From a virus (taxonomy: Duplodnaviria; Caudoviricetes), in the IMG/VR virus record IMGVR_UViG_3300046167_000227, positions 1 to 59,302 of that record: a DNA stretch of 59,302 nucleotides, one strand, 5' to 3'. Each line of letters begins with the position of its first letter. The stretch's first letter is position 1. The position numbers were made by a program, and so were the translations under genes. Under the pieces are notes generated by a model. It did not search any database, was not told where the DNA came from, and saw only the letters and a list, made by a program, of their open reading frames with translations. Shown here piece after piece: positions 39,592 to 49,970 of this stretch.

Positions 39592-39977
39592 CGGTCATCA
39601 CCTGAGCCATGCAGTTTTCCACGTTCTTTCCTATCATGTAACTTTCTCAAGTTCTCTTGCATAATTGTATTCAAGGGAACTCCAACTTCCTTTGCCATCA
39701 TAGCACAATACCAAAGTACGTCACCTATCTCTGATGCTATGGCAAGTTTCTTTACTTCAAAGTCTTCCTTATCAGCACCATCACGTATAAGTTTCTTTAC
39801 CTTACCTGCTACCTCACCTGCTTCACTTGTCATACCTAATGCTAAGTACTCTAGTGCTTTGTCTTCAGGAAAGATAGCAGTCCATCCTGCTAGTTTTTCA
39901 TATAAGTCAGGTGTAATAACCTCTTGAATAAACAATTTATCTTGCATGTACTTCCTCGCTTCTTCTTCTATTTTCAT
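39588..39977 (-). CDS. mazG: MazG-like nucleotide pyrophosphohydrolase
   Basis: SEAGEVAGKVKK...EIGDVLWY. Confidence 0.88.
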   Translation of the reverse strand: MKIEEEARKYMQDKLFIQEVITPDLYEKLAGWTAIFPEDKALEYLALGMTSEAGEVAGKVKKLIRDGADKEDFEVKKLAIASEIGDVLWYCAMMAKEVGVPLNTIMQENLRKLHDRKERGKLHGSGDDR

Positions 39978-40179
39978 CTTTTTTTACTCTCTCTAACTTT
40001 TGGTAGAATGAGGTGTTAAAACCTCTAAGCCACTCACGTGACTGCATACTATTCGCATGATATGGATTAGTAACTTTACCTCTCTTGAAGTCTGTCATAC
40101 CCTTAGTAAACTGTATCTTTAAGGGTGCATCATACTTACTTAGATTTGGATTCCTTTTTCTGCTCTTCAATGGCTTCAT
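39937..40179 (-). CDS. Hypothetical protein
   Basis: NPY...REWLRGF motif. Confidence 0.6.
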   Translation of the reverse strand: MKPLKSRKRNPNLSKYDAPLKIQFTKGMTDFKRGKVTNPYHANSMQSREWLRGFNTSFYQKLERVKKDENRRRSEEVHAR

Positions 40180-40387
40180 TTTGATTCCTTTCTAAATACT
40201 TTACTAAAACATTTAATTTACCATTCTCACTATCTAAGGCTGCTAACTCTTTTTCTATAGTATCTATTATAGTAGGATGGTCTCCAACACCAACAGGATT
40301 AGTCATCATAACTTCTATGTTAGCTATATGACTATTCATCTGTCCTAGCATTTTAGTTTTAAGTGCTCCAATTATCATATCTCTCAT
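40136..40387 (-). CDS. Hypothetical protein
   Basis: NPVGVGDHP motif of marine phage hypotheticals. Confidence 0.7.
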   Translation of the reverse strand: MRDMIIGALKTKMLGQMNSHIANIEVMMTNPVGVGDHPTIIDTIEKELAALDSENGKLNVLVKYLERNQNEAIEEQKKESKSK

Positions 40388-40541
40388 TTTATACTCCGTT
40401 TAGGTTTAGGTTTCAAATGTAAAAACTCTCGTATGTGTAGCTTCCTACCACGAAAGAAAACTATTAAGTTTATTGTAGTGTTGATGGAAATGGCGATTAA
40501 TAACCACCACTGCCACCATAATAGTTCATTCCCCTCTATCA

Positions 40542-42455
40542 TTAACTAGCTTCTATATCAACGAACTCACATGAATCAGCAGTACAAGCAAGTTCTCTAC
40601 CACCTGTAGTAGTATCTTCCTTCTCATAGTCTGCTAACTTAGACCAATCAATAGACTTAGGCATTACTTGTTTTAGCTCTAAGTACTCTTCTCTTTCTAT
40701 ATCTTGATAGGGTGCTTGAGCATATGTATGGTCACTAAAAGGTAAGAATGATATACCTGATACTTCATCAAAGTTATCATATACCCATGCTCCCACTTTC
40801 ATCCACTCATCTTCCTTAACAGATACAGTAACAGAAGGCTTGTGCTCACACCAATGTCTTTGGAACATGAGCCAATACTCTAACTGTTCTATAGCAGACA
40901 TCTCTGTCCTAGTCGTAGCACCATCAGGTGACTTCATAGGAAAGCTAAACACAGTTGTACTGTCAGGCTTCATGGCACATGGCTCACTTGGTATGCCATT
41001 ATCTTTCATAAACTGTGTGAGTGGGTCTTTGTTATCACCACGTACAGTTCTGATGTAATAGTCATTGTGTCTAGCATGAATACCTGAAGCACTGTCAACT
41101 AATTGACTAACTGTACCACTAGGTTTAACACAAGTGATTGCAGTTGACTGTGGAATACCTAAATCTTTAGCCATCTTCTTGTTAGTTTCTACTGCTACAT
41201 CTCTTAATATCTCTAAGATTTCAGGTGTCCATATAGGACAGTCAAGAATACCTGTTAGGGAAACTCCTAATAGTCTTTCTTCTTCTGTGTTATCCTTCCA
41301 TATCTTACGTAAGTATTTAAAATTAGTAAGAGTTGATTGGAATGTACCTAAGATTGTAGCCATACGTACCTTTTCTTTTAAAGATACTAAGTCATCTGTG
41401 GCTCTACACACTACCTCTGTAAGATTACAGAACTGATATGGTCTAAGTATAATCTCACTACATGGATTACAACCAAAGTAATGGTCAGTTTCTCGTCTAC
41501 CATTCTCAGATGCTTTAACTTGGGCAGCTTGTCTATTAAAGATACCACGTTCACCTGACTTAGATTCATATAATGATGTCCATTCTCGCATGAATGTACC
41601 CATCTCAGGCTTACCTTTAAATGCTACAGAGTTATTAGCTAATGCCCTCTGCCCTTCATTCTCCCACCATTGACCTGACTTAGCATGTCTCATTTGGTCA
41701 TCACCTAAGTTAGACAATGATATAAGAGCAGAACGTCTGACACCACCAACAACTACAACTTCACCAATCTTGCACATCAAGTCGTGGCACTCAATAGGAA
41801 ACAATCGTCTGCCTTTAGCACCCTTGAACTTTTGTATGCAGAACTGAAATAATTCAACTAATGGTGCAGGTCCTGATGCTCTACCACCAAATGTTTTAAG
41901 TCTTGCACCTGCCTGTCTCACTTGTGACACATCCCATGTAGGTACTTGTCCTACATATAACATAGCAATAAGTTCTCTCAATGCTTTTGCCCAACCCGGT
42001 CTGCTGTCACCAACAGTTATGATAGTAGTGCTGTCCTCAAAGTGCTCATTGACTATGGGTAGCTTATCTACATTCTCACGTTCAACAGAGAATCCAACAC
42101 CTGTACCACACATGAGTATATACATACATTCATCAAAGGAACGTGGACTATCTACAGGTATATAACTACAGTTGTAACCACCCACATGACACCTATCTAA
42201 TGCAGGTCCTGATGTCATCAAGGCTCTCATACTAGGCATGACACCTAAGTTCATTATCTGAGTGTTTAGCTTTTCTTTTAATGCTTTTGTCAAATCATAT
42301 TTATGATTATCTTTAAGATGCTTAGTCATGTAACTAAAGTATCTGTCTACTGTCTCACCCCAATTCTCTCTGCGTTGTTCATCGTCTTTCCATCTTGCAT
42401 AGCGAGAGAGTGCTATAAAGTTTTGGTAATCTGTTGGTAGGTAGTTGCTTATCAT
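40542..42455 (-). CDS. nrdJ: Class II (B12-dependent) ribonucleotide reductase
   Basis: PSMRAL, GGVRRSA, NPCSEI, TCVKPSGT, C-terminal ACTADSC; no beta-subunit gene nearby. Confidence 0.92.
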   Translation of the reverse strand: MISNYLPTDYQNFIALSRYARWKDDEQRRENWGETVDRYFSYMTKHLKDNHKYDLTKALKEKLNTQIMNLGVMPSMRALMTSGPALDRCHVGGYNCSYIPVDSPRSFDECMYILMCGTGVGFSVERENVDKLPIVNEHFEDSTTIITVGDSRPGWAKALRELIAMLYVGQVPTWDVSQVRQAGARLKTFGGRASGPAPLVELFQFCIQKFKGAKGRRLFPIECHDLMCKIGEVVVVGGVRRSALISLSNLGDDQMRHAKSGQWWENEGQRALANNSVAFKGKPEMGTFMREWTSLYESKSGERGIFNRQAAQVKASENGRRETDHYFGCNPCSEIILRPYQFCNLTEVVCRATDDLVSLKEKVRMATILGTFQSTLTNFKYLRKIWKDNTEEERLLGVSLTGILDCPIWTPEILEILRDVAVETNKKMAKDLGIPQSTAITCVKPSGTVSQLVDSASGIHARHNDYYIRTVRGDNKDPLTQFMKDNGIPSEPCAMKPDSTTVFSFPMKSPDGATTRTEMSAIEQLEYWLMFQRHWCEHKPSVTVSVKEDEWMKVGAWVYDNFDEVSGISFLPFSDHTYAQAPYQDIEREEYLELKQVMPKSIDWSKLADYEKEDTTTGGRELACTADSCEFVDIEAS

Positions 42456-42458
42456 CTT

Positions 42459-42617
42459 TTACTCCGTTAGTACTTTAATATGGGATATTTTTACACCCTC
42501 TAAATCGTGAAATAACTCACGCATATAATCTTCAAAATCTTCTGTTACATCGCCATCTGAAGGAACAGGGTACTCATCAGGGTCAACTGAGAGAGTTACC
42601 ATAATCTTAACTTTCAT
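42459..42617 (-). CDS. 52-aa hypothetical protein
   Basis: MKVKIMVTLSVDPDEYPVPSDGDV...; fills the gap. Confidence 0.55.
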   Translation of the reverse strand: MKVKIMVTLSVDPDEYPVPSDGDVTEDFEDYMRELFHDLEGVKISHIKVLTE

Positions 42618-42864
42618 CAATAACTCCTATTAACTTATTTAAGTACCACTGTGCTTTCTTTAAGTCTTCTGAACCATTCTTATACTTATATCTCCATAGA
42701 TACTTAACAATGTTTCCTTGCAAGTAAGACTCAAAACCATCGCCTAACATAGCTTCTAATGCATCTATACATTCAATGCCTGATTCATTATAATGTTTAG
42801 GGTGATTAACCATGTCTTGTTCTTTGTCTGCCATCATCTTCATGTACTCCATATGTCTTAGCAT
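42607..42864 (-). CDS. DUF3310 / T7 gp1.7-like protein
   Basis: VNHPKHY..IECID..GNIVKYLWR..DLKKAQWYL. Confidence 0.85.
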   Translation of the reverse strand: MLRHMEYMKMMADKEQDMVNHPKHYNESGIECIDALEAMLGDGFESYLQGNIVKYLWRYKYKNGSEDLKKAQWYLNKLIGVIDES

Positions 42865-43196
42865 TTTTTGTTATCATTGTCTGATTCAAAAGACAGTACC
42901 ACAACATTGTCCTTTTTGTCAACAACTTTCAGCTTAGGTTGAGGTTTTTCTTCATTGTATTCTGCTTCTTTTATTAGTCTTTGTCTTAGGTCTTCATCTC
43001 GTTCCATAAGAGGTACACTTGCACACATAGTTCTACAAAAATCTAGTACACCATAATAATCAGCATCATCTAATGGATTCTCAGGAGATGTCATTATAGA
43101 TATGTTTACTCCACCTGTCCACTTATCATGCTTATCAATCTCAGGTCTTACATCTATTATAAAATCTTCATTGAATACTTTACTTAGTATACTCAC
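42858..43196 (-). CDS. Hypothetical protein
   Basis: 112-aa coupled ORF. Confidence 0.65.
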   Translation of the reverse strand: MSILSKVFNEDFIIDVRPEIDKHDKWTGGVNISIMTSPENPLDDADYYGVLDFCRTMCASVPLMERDEDLRQRLIKEAEYNEEKPQPKLKVVDKKDNVVVLSFESDNDNKKC

Positions 43197-43651
43197 TTGG
43201 GTCTCCTTAATTTAATACCCTTAAACTTTATGAACTTAGGGTGTTTATCTTTACCCTTTTCCTTTAACCAATCTTCAGGTATTATTCTATCGTAGTATCT
43301 AAATCCGTATTTATCACACCATTGACCATAAGAGGACTTAGCACCTTTCTGTAACTTACTTCTACTATTAGTAAATACAAATCTTATATCTAAATCAGGA
43401 TGTTGTTTCTTAATAGCTATGTGTTTCTTTCTATCTGCTGATAAGAACCTACCCTTAGTTTCTATTATTATACCATTCTTTAATATAAAGTCAGGGGTAT
43501 AGGTGCGATAAGTTAAATCTTCCCACTCAATCTTCATAGCTTCGTACTTGTATCTGTACTTCAACTCTGTTAGATAAATTGATATGGTGTGTTCTAACCC
43601 ACTCCTATACCCATGCTTTATGGCATCTCGTCTTATCTTATGAGGAGACAT
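43193..43651 (-). CDS. T7 endonuclease I-like Holliday junction resolvase
   Basis: YRSGLE, YTPDF, IETKGRF, DIRFVF. Confidence 0.92.
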   Translation of the reverse strand: MSPHKIRRDAIKHGYRSGLEHTISIYLTELKYRYKYEAMKIEWEDLTYRTYTPDFILKNGIIIETKGRFLSADRKKHIAIKKQHPDLDIRFVFTNSRSKLQKGAKSSYGQWCDKYGFRYYDRIIPEDWLKEKGKDKHPKFIKFKGIKLRRPK

Positions 43652-44500
43652 CTATGCTCCCTTAAGACTTACATACTGAACCATCTTAGGTTCTTTTGCT
43701 TTAGACATTTGTGCAGGAAGCTCTATTAGATTCTCCCAACAGGCATTTCTATATGAGCAAAATGTACAGTTTTTATTAAGAACAATGTTACCTGTCTCTT
43801 TACCTCTAAATGTTTCAGGTTCAGGTTCAAAACATCTGACTAGTTCCTTTGATTCAGTTGCCTTGATGTTCTTCTTTATTTTATCAAGCTCCTTGTCCAT
43901 GTCAATGTGAGCACGAACATACTTGAACAGACCATTGGCTTTATTAAGTACCCACCAACCACCTGCTTTCTTACCTAGTGCCTTAGCATAACCTGCTAGT
44001 TGTCCAACATAACCAAAGCTATCACCTGAATGTAAAGATTCATATGAATCAAACTTATACTTGTATGACCAATCAGATGCAGACTTAATATCATCAACTG
44101 AATCATTCATAACTAAGTCATAAGAGCCTGATATTTTAGTATTCTCATCAAGTTCAAGTGTTACATTGTCTGTGTCTTCAAACTTAACATTAGCTTCTCT
44201 TAGTACTGCCTTAAATACTGCTTCAACTATGTCACCAATCATCATGTTCATTACGAAGGTAGTAGGTTTAGGTAACGCAGTCTCAGGTTTATTCTTCTCA
44301 AACCAAAGTTGGCATGAGGGTCTACCTATATTAGACATACGTAACCTAAACTTATCTTCTCGCTTCGTGTTGAACTGACGATTCAATGCATCTTTAATGT
44401 CTGTAGCTACTTGCTCAATATTATCTTGGCTCATAGCAGACTTACCACTTGTGGCATTTTCAAGATACTGATGAATCATCATTTCAGCAGGATGGTTCAC
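43652..44500 (-). CDS. PD-(D/E)xK (Cas4-like) exonuclease
   Basis: RMSNIGRPSC, GSYD, DDIKS, QLAGY, CTFCSYRNAC. Confidence 0.8.
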   Translation of the reverse strand: MNHPAEMMIHQYLENATSGKSAMSQDNIEQVATDIKDALNRQFNTKREDKFRLRMSNIGRPSCQLWFEKNKPETALPKPTTFVMNMMIGDIVEAVFKAVLREANVKFEDTDNVTLELDENTKISGSYDLVMNDSVDDIKSASDWSYKYKFDSYESLHSGDSFGYVGQLAGYAKALGKKAGGWWVLNKANGLFKYVRAHIDMDKELDKIKKNIKATESKELVRCFEPEPETFRGKETGNIVLNKNCTFCSYRNACWENLIELPAQMSKAKEPKMVQYVSLKGA

Positions 44501-45420
44501 TATGCTACCTCTTCTTCAACATCAACATCAATGAAATCATTCACAATGTCTTTGTCCTCTTGACTAACAGGTGCTTTAGCTTTCATCTCCCACTCATTAA
44601 ATATATAACTGTTGTAGTTATCTATCCATGCCATGAAATTAATGAAAGTATTTTGGTCTTCATCTGTTACTTGAACAGTCTTCTGTAAGTCTAGAGAATA
44701 GTTAGGTAAGTAAAAAGATGAACCACTAGGTAACTGTCTCTCTTCACTAGTCAACTGAATATAATGCTGAACAGGAAGCCTTTTAGTTTGATTAAACTTA
44801 TTAAAAGGTTCTCCTATTGTTTTAAATGCATCACGATTATCAATCTCCCATATGAATGGAGTGTTGTCATCTAACGATACTTTATTACCTTTCTCGTCAG
44901 TAGCATTAGGCATATCAATTAGACCAAAGATTACTCTTACTCTTTTAATCTGCTTGATAACTTCCTGTGTCGCAACAGGTAGTGCTTTAAAATCTTTGAT
45001 ATACCCTGAAGGTTTACCACAGTTAAAGCTACCTTGATTGTCCTTAAGGTCTGAGTTAAGGTTATCTGCCATAAGTGTCTTATGGTAAGTACCCATAGGC
45101 TCACCCTTTTTAGCAGACATATTTTTAACGAACCTCTTATACATGAACCTTTGTATAAAAGGTCTTATCTCAACAGTTGGAGCATAAACAACAGGCATAT
45201 CAGGTCGTTCTAGCTTAAACGAACCACCCTTAACGACTACTGCTTCTACACTTTCGTCTCCAACTTTCTTCATGCCCATAATATTATTATGATGCAATCT
45301 CATTCTAGGTAAAGGGTTTGCTTTACTTGTATCAGCAGAACCTGTTTCACCTGCGATACCCATAGCTTTTGCCATATCTGCGTAGTTATTGGTATCTATT
45401 GTCGTAACTTCATTAACCAT
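44500..45420 (-). CDS. Putative ssDNA-binding protein
   Basis: Between polymerase and exonuclease; acidic C-terminal tail. Confidence 0.5.
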   Translation of the reverse strand: MVNEVTTIDTNNYADMAKAMGIAGETGSADTSKANPLPRMRLHHNNIMGMKKVGDESVEAVVVKGGSFKLERPDMPVVYAPTVEIRPFIQRFMYKRFVKNMSAKKGEPMGTYHKTLMADNLNSDLKDNQGSFNCGKPSGYIKDFKALPVATQEVIKQIKRVRVIFGLIDMPNATDEKGNKVSLDDNTPFIWEIDNRDAFKTIGEPFNKFNQTKRLPVQHYIQLTSEERQLPSGSSFYLPNYSLDLQKTVQVTDEDQNTFINFMAWIDNYNSYIFNEWEMKAKAPVSQEDKDIVNDFIDVDVEEEVA

Positions 45421-45448
45421 ACTTTTTCCTTTCTATCAAAGTTTCTCA

Positions 45449-45477
45449 GTTATATCACATAACGTCTTTTGTGTCAA
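45449..45477 (-). promoter_or_regulatory. Promoter for the SSB-exonuclease operon
   Basis: TTGACA-N17-TATAAC on minus strand. Confidence 0.55.
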
Positions 45478-47481
45478 GCCAATTATTACCTATTTTTGCT
45501 TCTAATAATAATGGAACATTGAACTCTAATGCAAACTCACTATTAATTAAATTAATCATTTTACTATTGACTATTTTAATAACATGAATCACTTTTTGTA
45601 TCTCTTCAGGATGTATGTCTATGACTATAGAATCATGCACACTGTTTACAATACAAGACTTTAAGTTTACTAATTCATTCTCTATGTTTATTAGTATAAG
45701 AGGAACTATATCAGCAGTAGCAAACGACTGAACAGGATAGTTCTTTATCTGTGTAAAGTGAGACACCTTACCATAAGAGTTTCTTCTAACGTCAGGGAAT
45801 GAGAACTGTCTACCTGATGGTGTAGTTATCTTTCTAGTACTTATAACTTCTTTAGCCAATTTGGAGTGCCATAATGCGATTCCTTCGTACTTTTCCGTGA
45901 AGTGTTTATAATATGTAGCCTGAGCAGGTGTCCTTCCAAACCCTGTTGCTCCATATAGTGGTGCAAAGGTATGAGCCTTTGCTTCTTGGCGAGATGTCTT
46001 CTCACCTGCATCACTAATAACACTAGCAGTATAACTATGAACGTCAAAACCATCGCAACCTCCTCAATAGCGACTTTATCTTGTGATAAATATGCCGCAG
46101 CTCTAAACTCAAGTTGTGCAAAATCTGCCTCCAATATCTTTCCATTATCCCAACGTGATACAAACACTTTCTTCACAGGAAACGTACCACCTCTAGGCAT
46201 GTTCTGCATGTTAGGGTCTGCACCACTAAACCTACCAGTAGATGTTCTATGTTGTAACAATCTTACATGTAACTTACCATCAGGTTTTACGTATGTCTTT
46301 ATGCCTTGTACAAAGGATGACAAGTAAGTATCTAATGCAGACAGTCTTTGTAAGTCTGATAAGAAACTCATTGCCTCTGACATATTTAATTTCTTAGCAC
46401 CATCATGTAATATATCAAGAAACTTTTTATTAACACTAAAACCATTTGCACTTACCCATTTAGCTGATGGTGCAGAGAACTTTAATCCTGCTATCTTGTT
46501 GCTATTAGTAAAAGTGTAGCCAGTACCAGTGCAAGTATTACATTTGGGTTGCTTAACATAAGGGTTTCCATCTTTTCTAACCTTTCTCATTGAACCTGAT
46601 CCATAACAATCCTTACATTTTACAGCTATAGTTTTGTACACTATATCTGATGTCTCGCTAACTACTTCTTTGTAATTAGATGTCTTCATGTATGAATCAA
46701 AGTTGTGTGTCCAAGTAGTTTTATCTTTAGGCTTTCTACTATATATAACCCAAGACATCTGCTCTGGACTATTTAAGTTGATAGGTGTGTCACCCATTAA
46801 GTTTTTAACTTGAATCTTTAGACGTTTCTCTATGTCTTGTTTCTCTGTCTCAAACTCAACTCTAACTTCCTCAAGCTTATTTAAATCTACTGCAAATCCT
46901 TTTTGATATATGTTTGCTAGTGTTAAAGCAACCTTGTTAGTTAGTATAACTGTATCCATCAACTCGCTATATTCAACCGTATTTAGTTTTCTATATATTT
47001 CATCAGATAACTGCTGTGTTGCATGTAAGTCAGCAGACAAGTACTCAGATAATTCTTCAGGTGGTATGTCAGCAACTGAAAAACCTTTCTTGAAGTATTC
47101 TTTTAAGGTATCTTGTTTCTGTGTAGCTAACTCATATCTCTCAGCACATGCCTCAAGAGACAATGCTTTTTTGACACCACGTTGTAGGACATACTCACCT
47201 AACATAGTATCAAACACAGGACCTGTATAGGTTAGACCACATTCCCATATCCACATCAAGTCGTGTACTATGTTATGTCCAATAAGTATTGTACAAGCAT
47301 CTAGTAACTCTTGTATCTTCTGATGTGCATCTGTGTCTGTTGACATTCTAAACAGATATTCTTCTTTTGTGTCTGTTAAACACCCAACCATAATCAACTC
47401 ATTATCTGTTTCAAATGGATCAAGGTGTAACTTACCATCTCTAGTTGTGACTGTATTCTCTACGTCAAGTGTCAGTTTCAT
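45455..47481 (-). CDS. polA: Family A DNA polymerase with DnaJ-like zinc-finger insert (one indel near 46055)
   Basis: Exo DVE and GHN..HD; CKDCYGSG..CNTCTGTG; TGRFS..PNMQN; ADFAQLEFR; RQEAKAHTF (shifted frame); VHDS. Confidence 0.93.
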
Positions 47482-47908
47482 TTAAACTCTCCTTATGTTT
47501 CTTTAAATACTTAACTGCTCTTTTTACTTTTGTCAAGTCATCTTTAAATCCACCTAGTCCTGAATTACAATGATGGCATATCCAACCTCTGAATGTTAGA
47601 GTGTCGTGGCAATGGTCTAGTACCCACTTATTTAATTTTACTTGTCCATACTTACCTACTTCTTGTATGTCTCTTTGACATATTGGACAACAGTAATCTT
47701 CGTCAGGATACTTATTTTCCTTACGTAACTTCTTTAATGTGTGGTAGTGACCTTTTATACACGATGAACACGTTCTCTTTACCTCTCCTGTAGGTATAAG
47801 TTGAAAGTTTGAAGCAGGTTGTTCTATGTGGCACTTGATACACGTATAGGCATCACCAACGACTGTTGTAGGTTTAGTATAACCAAATAAATCAGGGAAA
47901 TCATTCAT
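47465..47908 (-). CDS. Endonuclease VII-domain protein
   Basis: CPIC..LDHCH..RGWICHHCN.GLG..KDD. Confidence 0.85.
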   Translation of the reverse strand: MNDFPDLFGYTKPTTVVGDAYTCIKCHIEQPASNFQLIPTGEVKRTCSSCIKGHYHTLKKLRKENKYPDEDYCCPICQRDIQEVGKYGQVKLNKWVLDHCHDTLTFRGWICHHCNSGLGGFKDDLTKVKRAVKYLKKHKESLNETDT

Positions 47909-49131
47909 GCTTCATATCTACCAACTTGATAATCAAGCTGACAAGTTATAACTCCATGCCACCCAGACAACTTATTCTTAACAATATTAAGATGTCTCTG
48001 CAAATCCTCTTCGTCACCATCTTCTTGCTTTGGTGGATTCTTTGCAATCAGTATCATTAAGTCAGCCTCTGCTGCTTTACCAGTTCTACTGCCTTCCATC
48101 ATAGATTGGTTCAGTAATATCTTACCCTCTGCATCAGCAGATAATTGAGACATGTAGAATACTGCACACTCATGTTGCTTGGCAATCATACGAGCATGTA
48201 TAGCATTAGCTTTGAGTGCCTCATCAGGTCTAGCAAAGCCACCACTTCTAGCAAACTTGTCTCCCATATCAAGTAGTACAACATCAGGCTTGTATGATTT
48301 ACACACACTCTCAACCCAAGACATATCACGACCCGTAGCATCCTTTATCTTTATCTTATCTTTGACAGGTGCATACAAGTCTCTTGCTCTGCTTGGATTA
48401 GACTTGATCTGTTTCATAGTCATGCCAGTAGATGCAGTTAGATATCTAGCACCAACTCTGTGACTACCCTCTTCATTACACAAGACAATGCAGTTAGCAC
48501 CTTGATGTGCAAATCCTCCCGGAGATGCAATCATACTTGCATGAAAAGATGTCTTACCAGTATTAGGTCTAGCACCTACCTCAATCAAGTGACCAGCATT
48601 TATACCCTCAAGTTGTCGTGTCAAAGCAGGTATGTTAAAGTTCCAACGTGCCTCAAGGTCATTCTTAGCTAATAGTGTATCTATGTCTAAGTCATCCCAC
48701 TCAACATTTAGGTCTGGTGTGAAGTCATCATTGTATTGCTCTAGTAACATACGTAAAGGTTCTAGACTAGTCTGTTGTCCGTTGACATAATCAAAGCCAA
48801 GATTAGCAATGTCTTCTCCAACAACTTGCTGAAACAATTTAGACAGAACCTCTTGTGCAACATCTGAACCTAGTGGTTGCTCATTCTTAATAGACTTAAA
48901 CAAGGCTAGGTAAGCTTGTTTCTGTGCAGTAGACATTGATGGGTTACTTGATATGAACAAAGCCTCAATCTCATCAGGTGTGACTGTACGTTCATATCTG
49001 TCCATAGCTTGATCTATTGCTTGTTTAATCTTCCTAGCATCTTTGCTGAACAGTCTGTCTGGACATCTAGCACCACGATGCTCTTTGTAGAACTCTCTGT
49101 CCATTAAACTTCTTAGTAGTGAATTTTCCAT
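47905..49131 (-). CDS. DnaB-like (SF4) replicative helicase
   Basis: GARPNTGKT, MSQLS, KAAEAD, KNK. Confidence 0.88.
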   Translation of the reverse strand: MENSLLRSLMDREFYKEHRGARCPDRLFSKDARKIKQAIDQAMDRYERTVTPDEIEALFISSNPSMSTAQKQAYLALFKSIKNEQPLGSDVAQEVLSKLFQQVVGEDIANLGFDYVNGQQTSLEPLRMLLEQYNDDFTPDLNVEWDDLDIDTLLAKNDLEARWNFNIPALTRQLEGINAGHLIEVGARPNTGKTSFHASMIASPGGFAHQGANCIVLCNEEGSHRVGARYLTASTGMTMKQIKSNPSRARDLYAPVKDKIKIKDATGRDMSWVESVCKSYKPDVVLLDMGDKFARSGGFARPDEALKANAIHARMIAKQHECAVFYMSQLSADAEGKILLNQSMMEGSRTGKAAEADLMILIAKNPPKQEDGDEEDLQRHLNIVKNKLSGWHGVITCQLDYQVGRYEA

Positions 49132-49134
49132 GTA

Positions 49135-49908
49135 TTACTCCTTTGGGGTTAATTTATACAAGTTGTAAATATCTTCTTCGTTTCTATACTTCAAGTCATC
49201 TTTAAGCCTAAGAACACGTACATCCGGGGTATAAGCACGTAACTCTCTAGCAAATTGTAGTATCTTAGGTAGTGCATCAGGGTCTAATGCAACAATAGCA
49301 GTTGAGAATTGTGATAAGTATTTCTTGTGGTCTTCTGATAAAGAAGTTCCAAGTATAGCCACCCCCGTGTGTATATTACTATTTGAAACACAAGCACTCA
49401 CACAATCCTCAACGACTAAAGCGACCTTACCACAACCATATGTGTATGGCAAGGGGTTATTCCCATATCTTTTCCATTTAGGTAGAAGTTTACCCAATGA
49501 CCTACCAGTTGCATCAACTAACTTACCATTATGTTCTATGGGAAACACTACTCGGTCATCCTTCACGTCATATTGTAAGTTTAATTCGTCTGCATCTAGT
49601 TTCCACCTCTCACAGAAAGATACGAGGTTATTCCTATTGTTATGTGGTACAATGTATTCAGGCATCTCAAATGTATCATCTGTAGTGACTTCTTTCCTTG
49701 CACTCACAGACTTGATATCATCTACAGATAACCTAACACGAGCAGTACCACTTAAACTACAGGAAATCTTGTAACAGTTCCACACTAATGAACCCATATT
49801 ATTTGTGGCAGTAAATGTTTTATAAGAATTACAAACCGGACAATTTAATCTACGTGTTTCATCCATAGGTATGTTTAAATCTTTAACAAATTCTAATATA
49901 TTATACAT
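49135..49908 (-). CDS. DNA primase (Zn finger plus TOPRIM)
   Basis: CPVC..CYKISC; VEDCVSA; LGT; LDPDA. Confidence 0.85.
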   Translation of the reverse strand: MYNILEFVKDLNIPMDETRRLNCPVCNSYKTFTATNNMGSLVWNCYKISCSLSGTARVRLSVDDIKSVSARKEVTTDDTFEMPEYIVPHNNRNNLVSFCERWKLDADELNLQYDVKDDRVVFPIEHNGKLVDATGRSLGKLLPKWKRYGNNPLPYTYGCGKVALVVEDCVSACVSNSNIHTGVAILGTSLSEDHKKYLSQFSTAIVALDPDALPKILQFARELRAYTPDVRVLRLKDDLKYRNEEDIYNLYKLTPKE

Positions 49909-49970
49909 TATATATGTTCCTTATATATATATGGGTTCGGACAATATAAATGTCTTGTAACATGGATATT

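Noticed and set aside
43652-44500. Cas4-like gene as part of a CRISPR system
   Set aside because: No array or other cas genes; it is the usual replication-module exonuclease.
47465-47908. Endonuclease VII gene as an intron-encoded element
   Set aside because: It is free-standing and overlaps both neighbours; helicase and polymerase are not interrupted by it.
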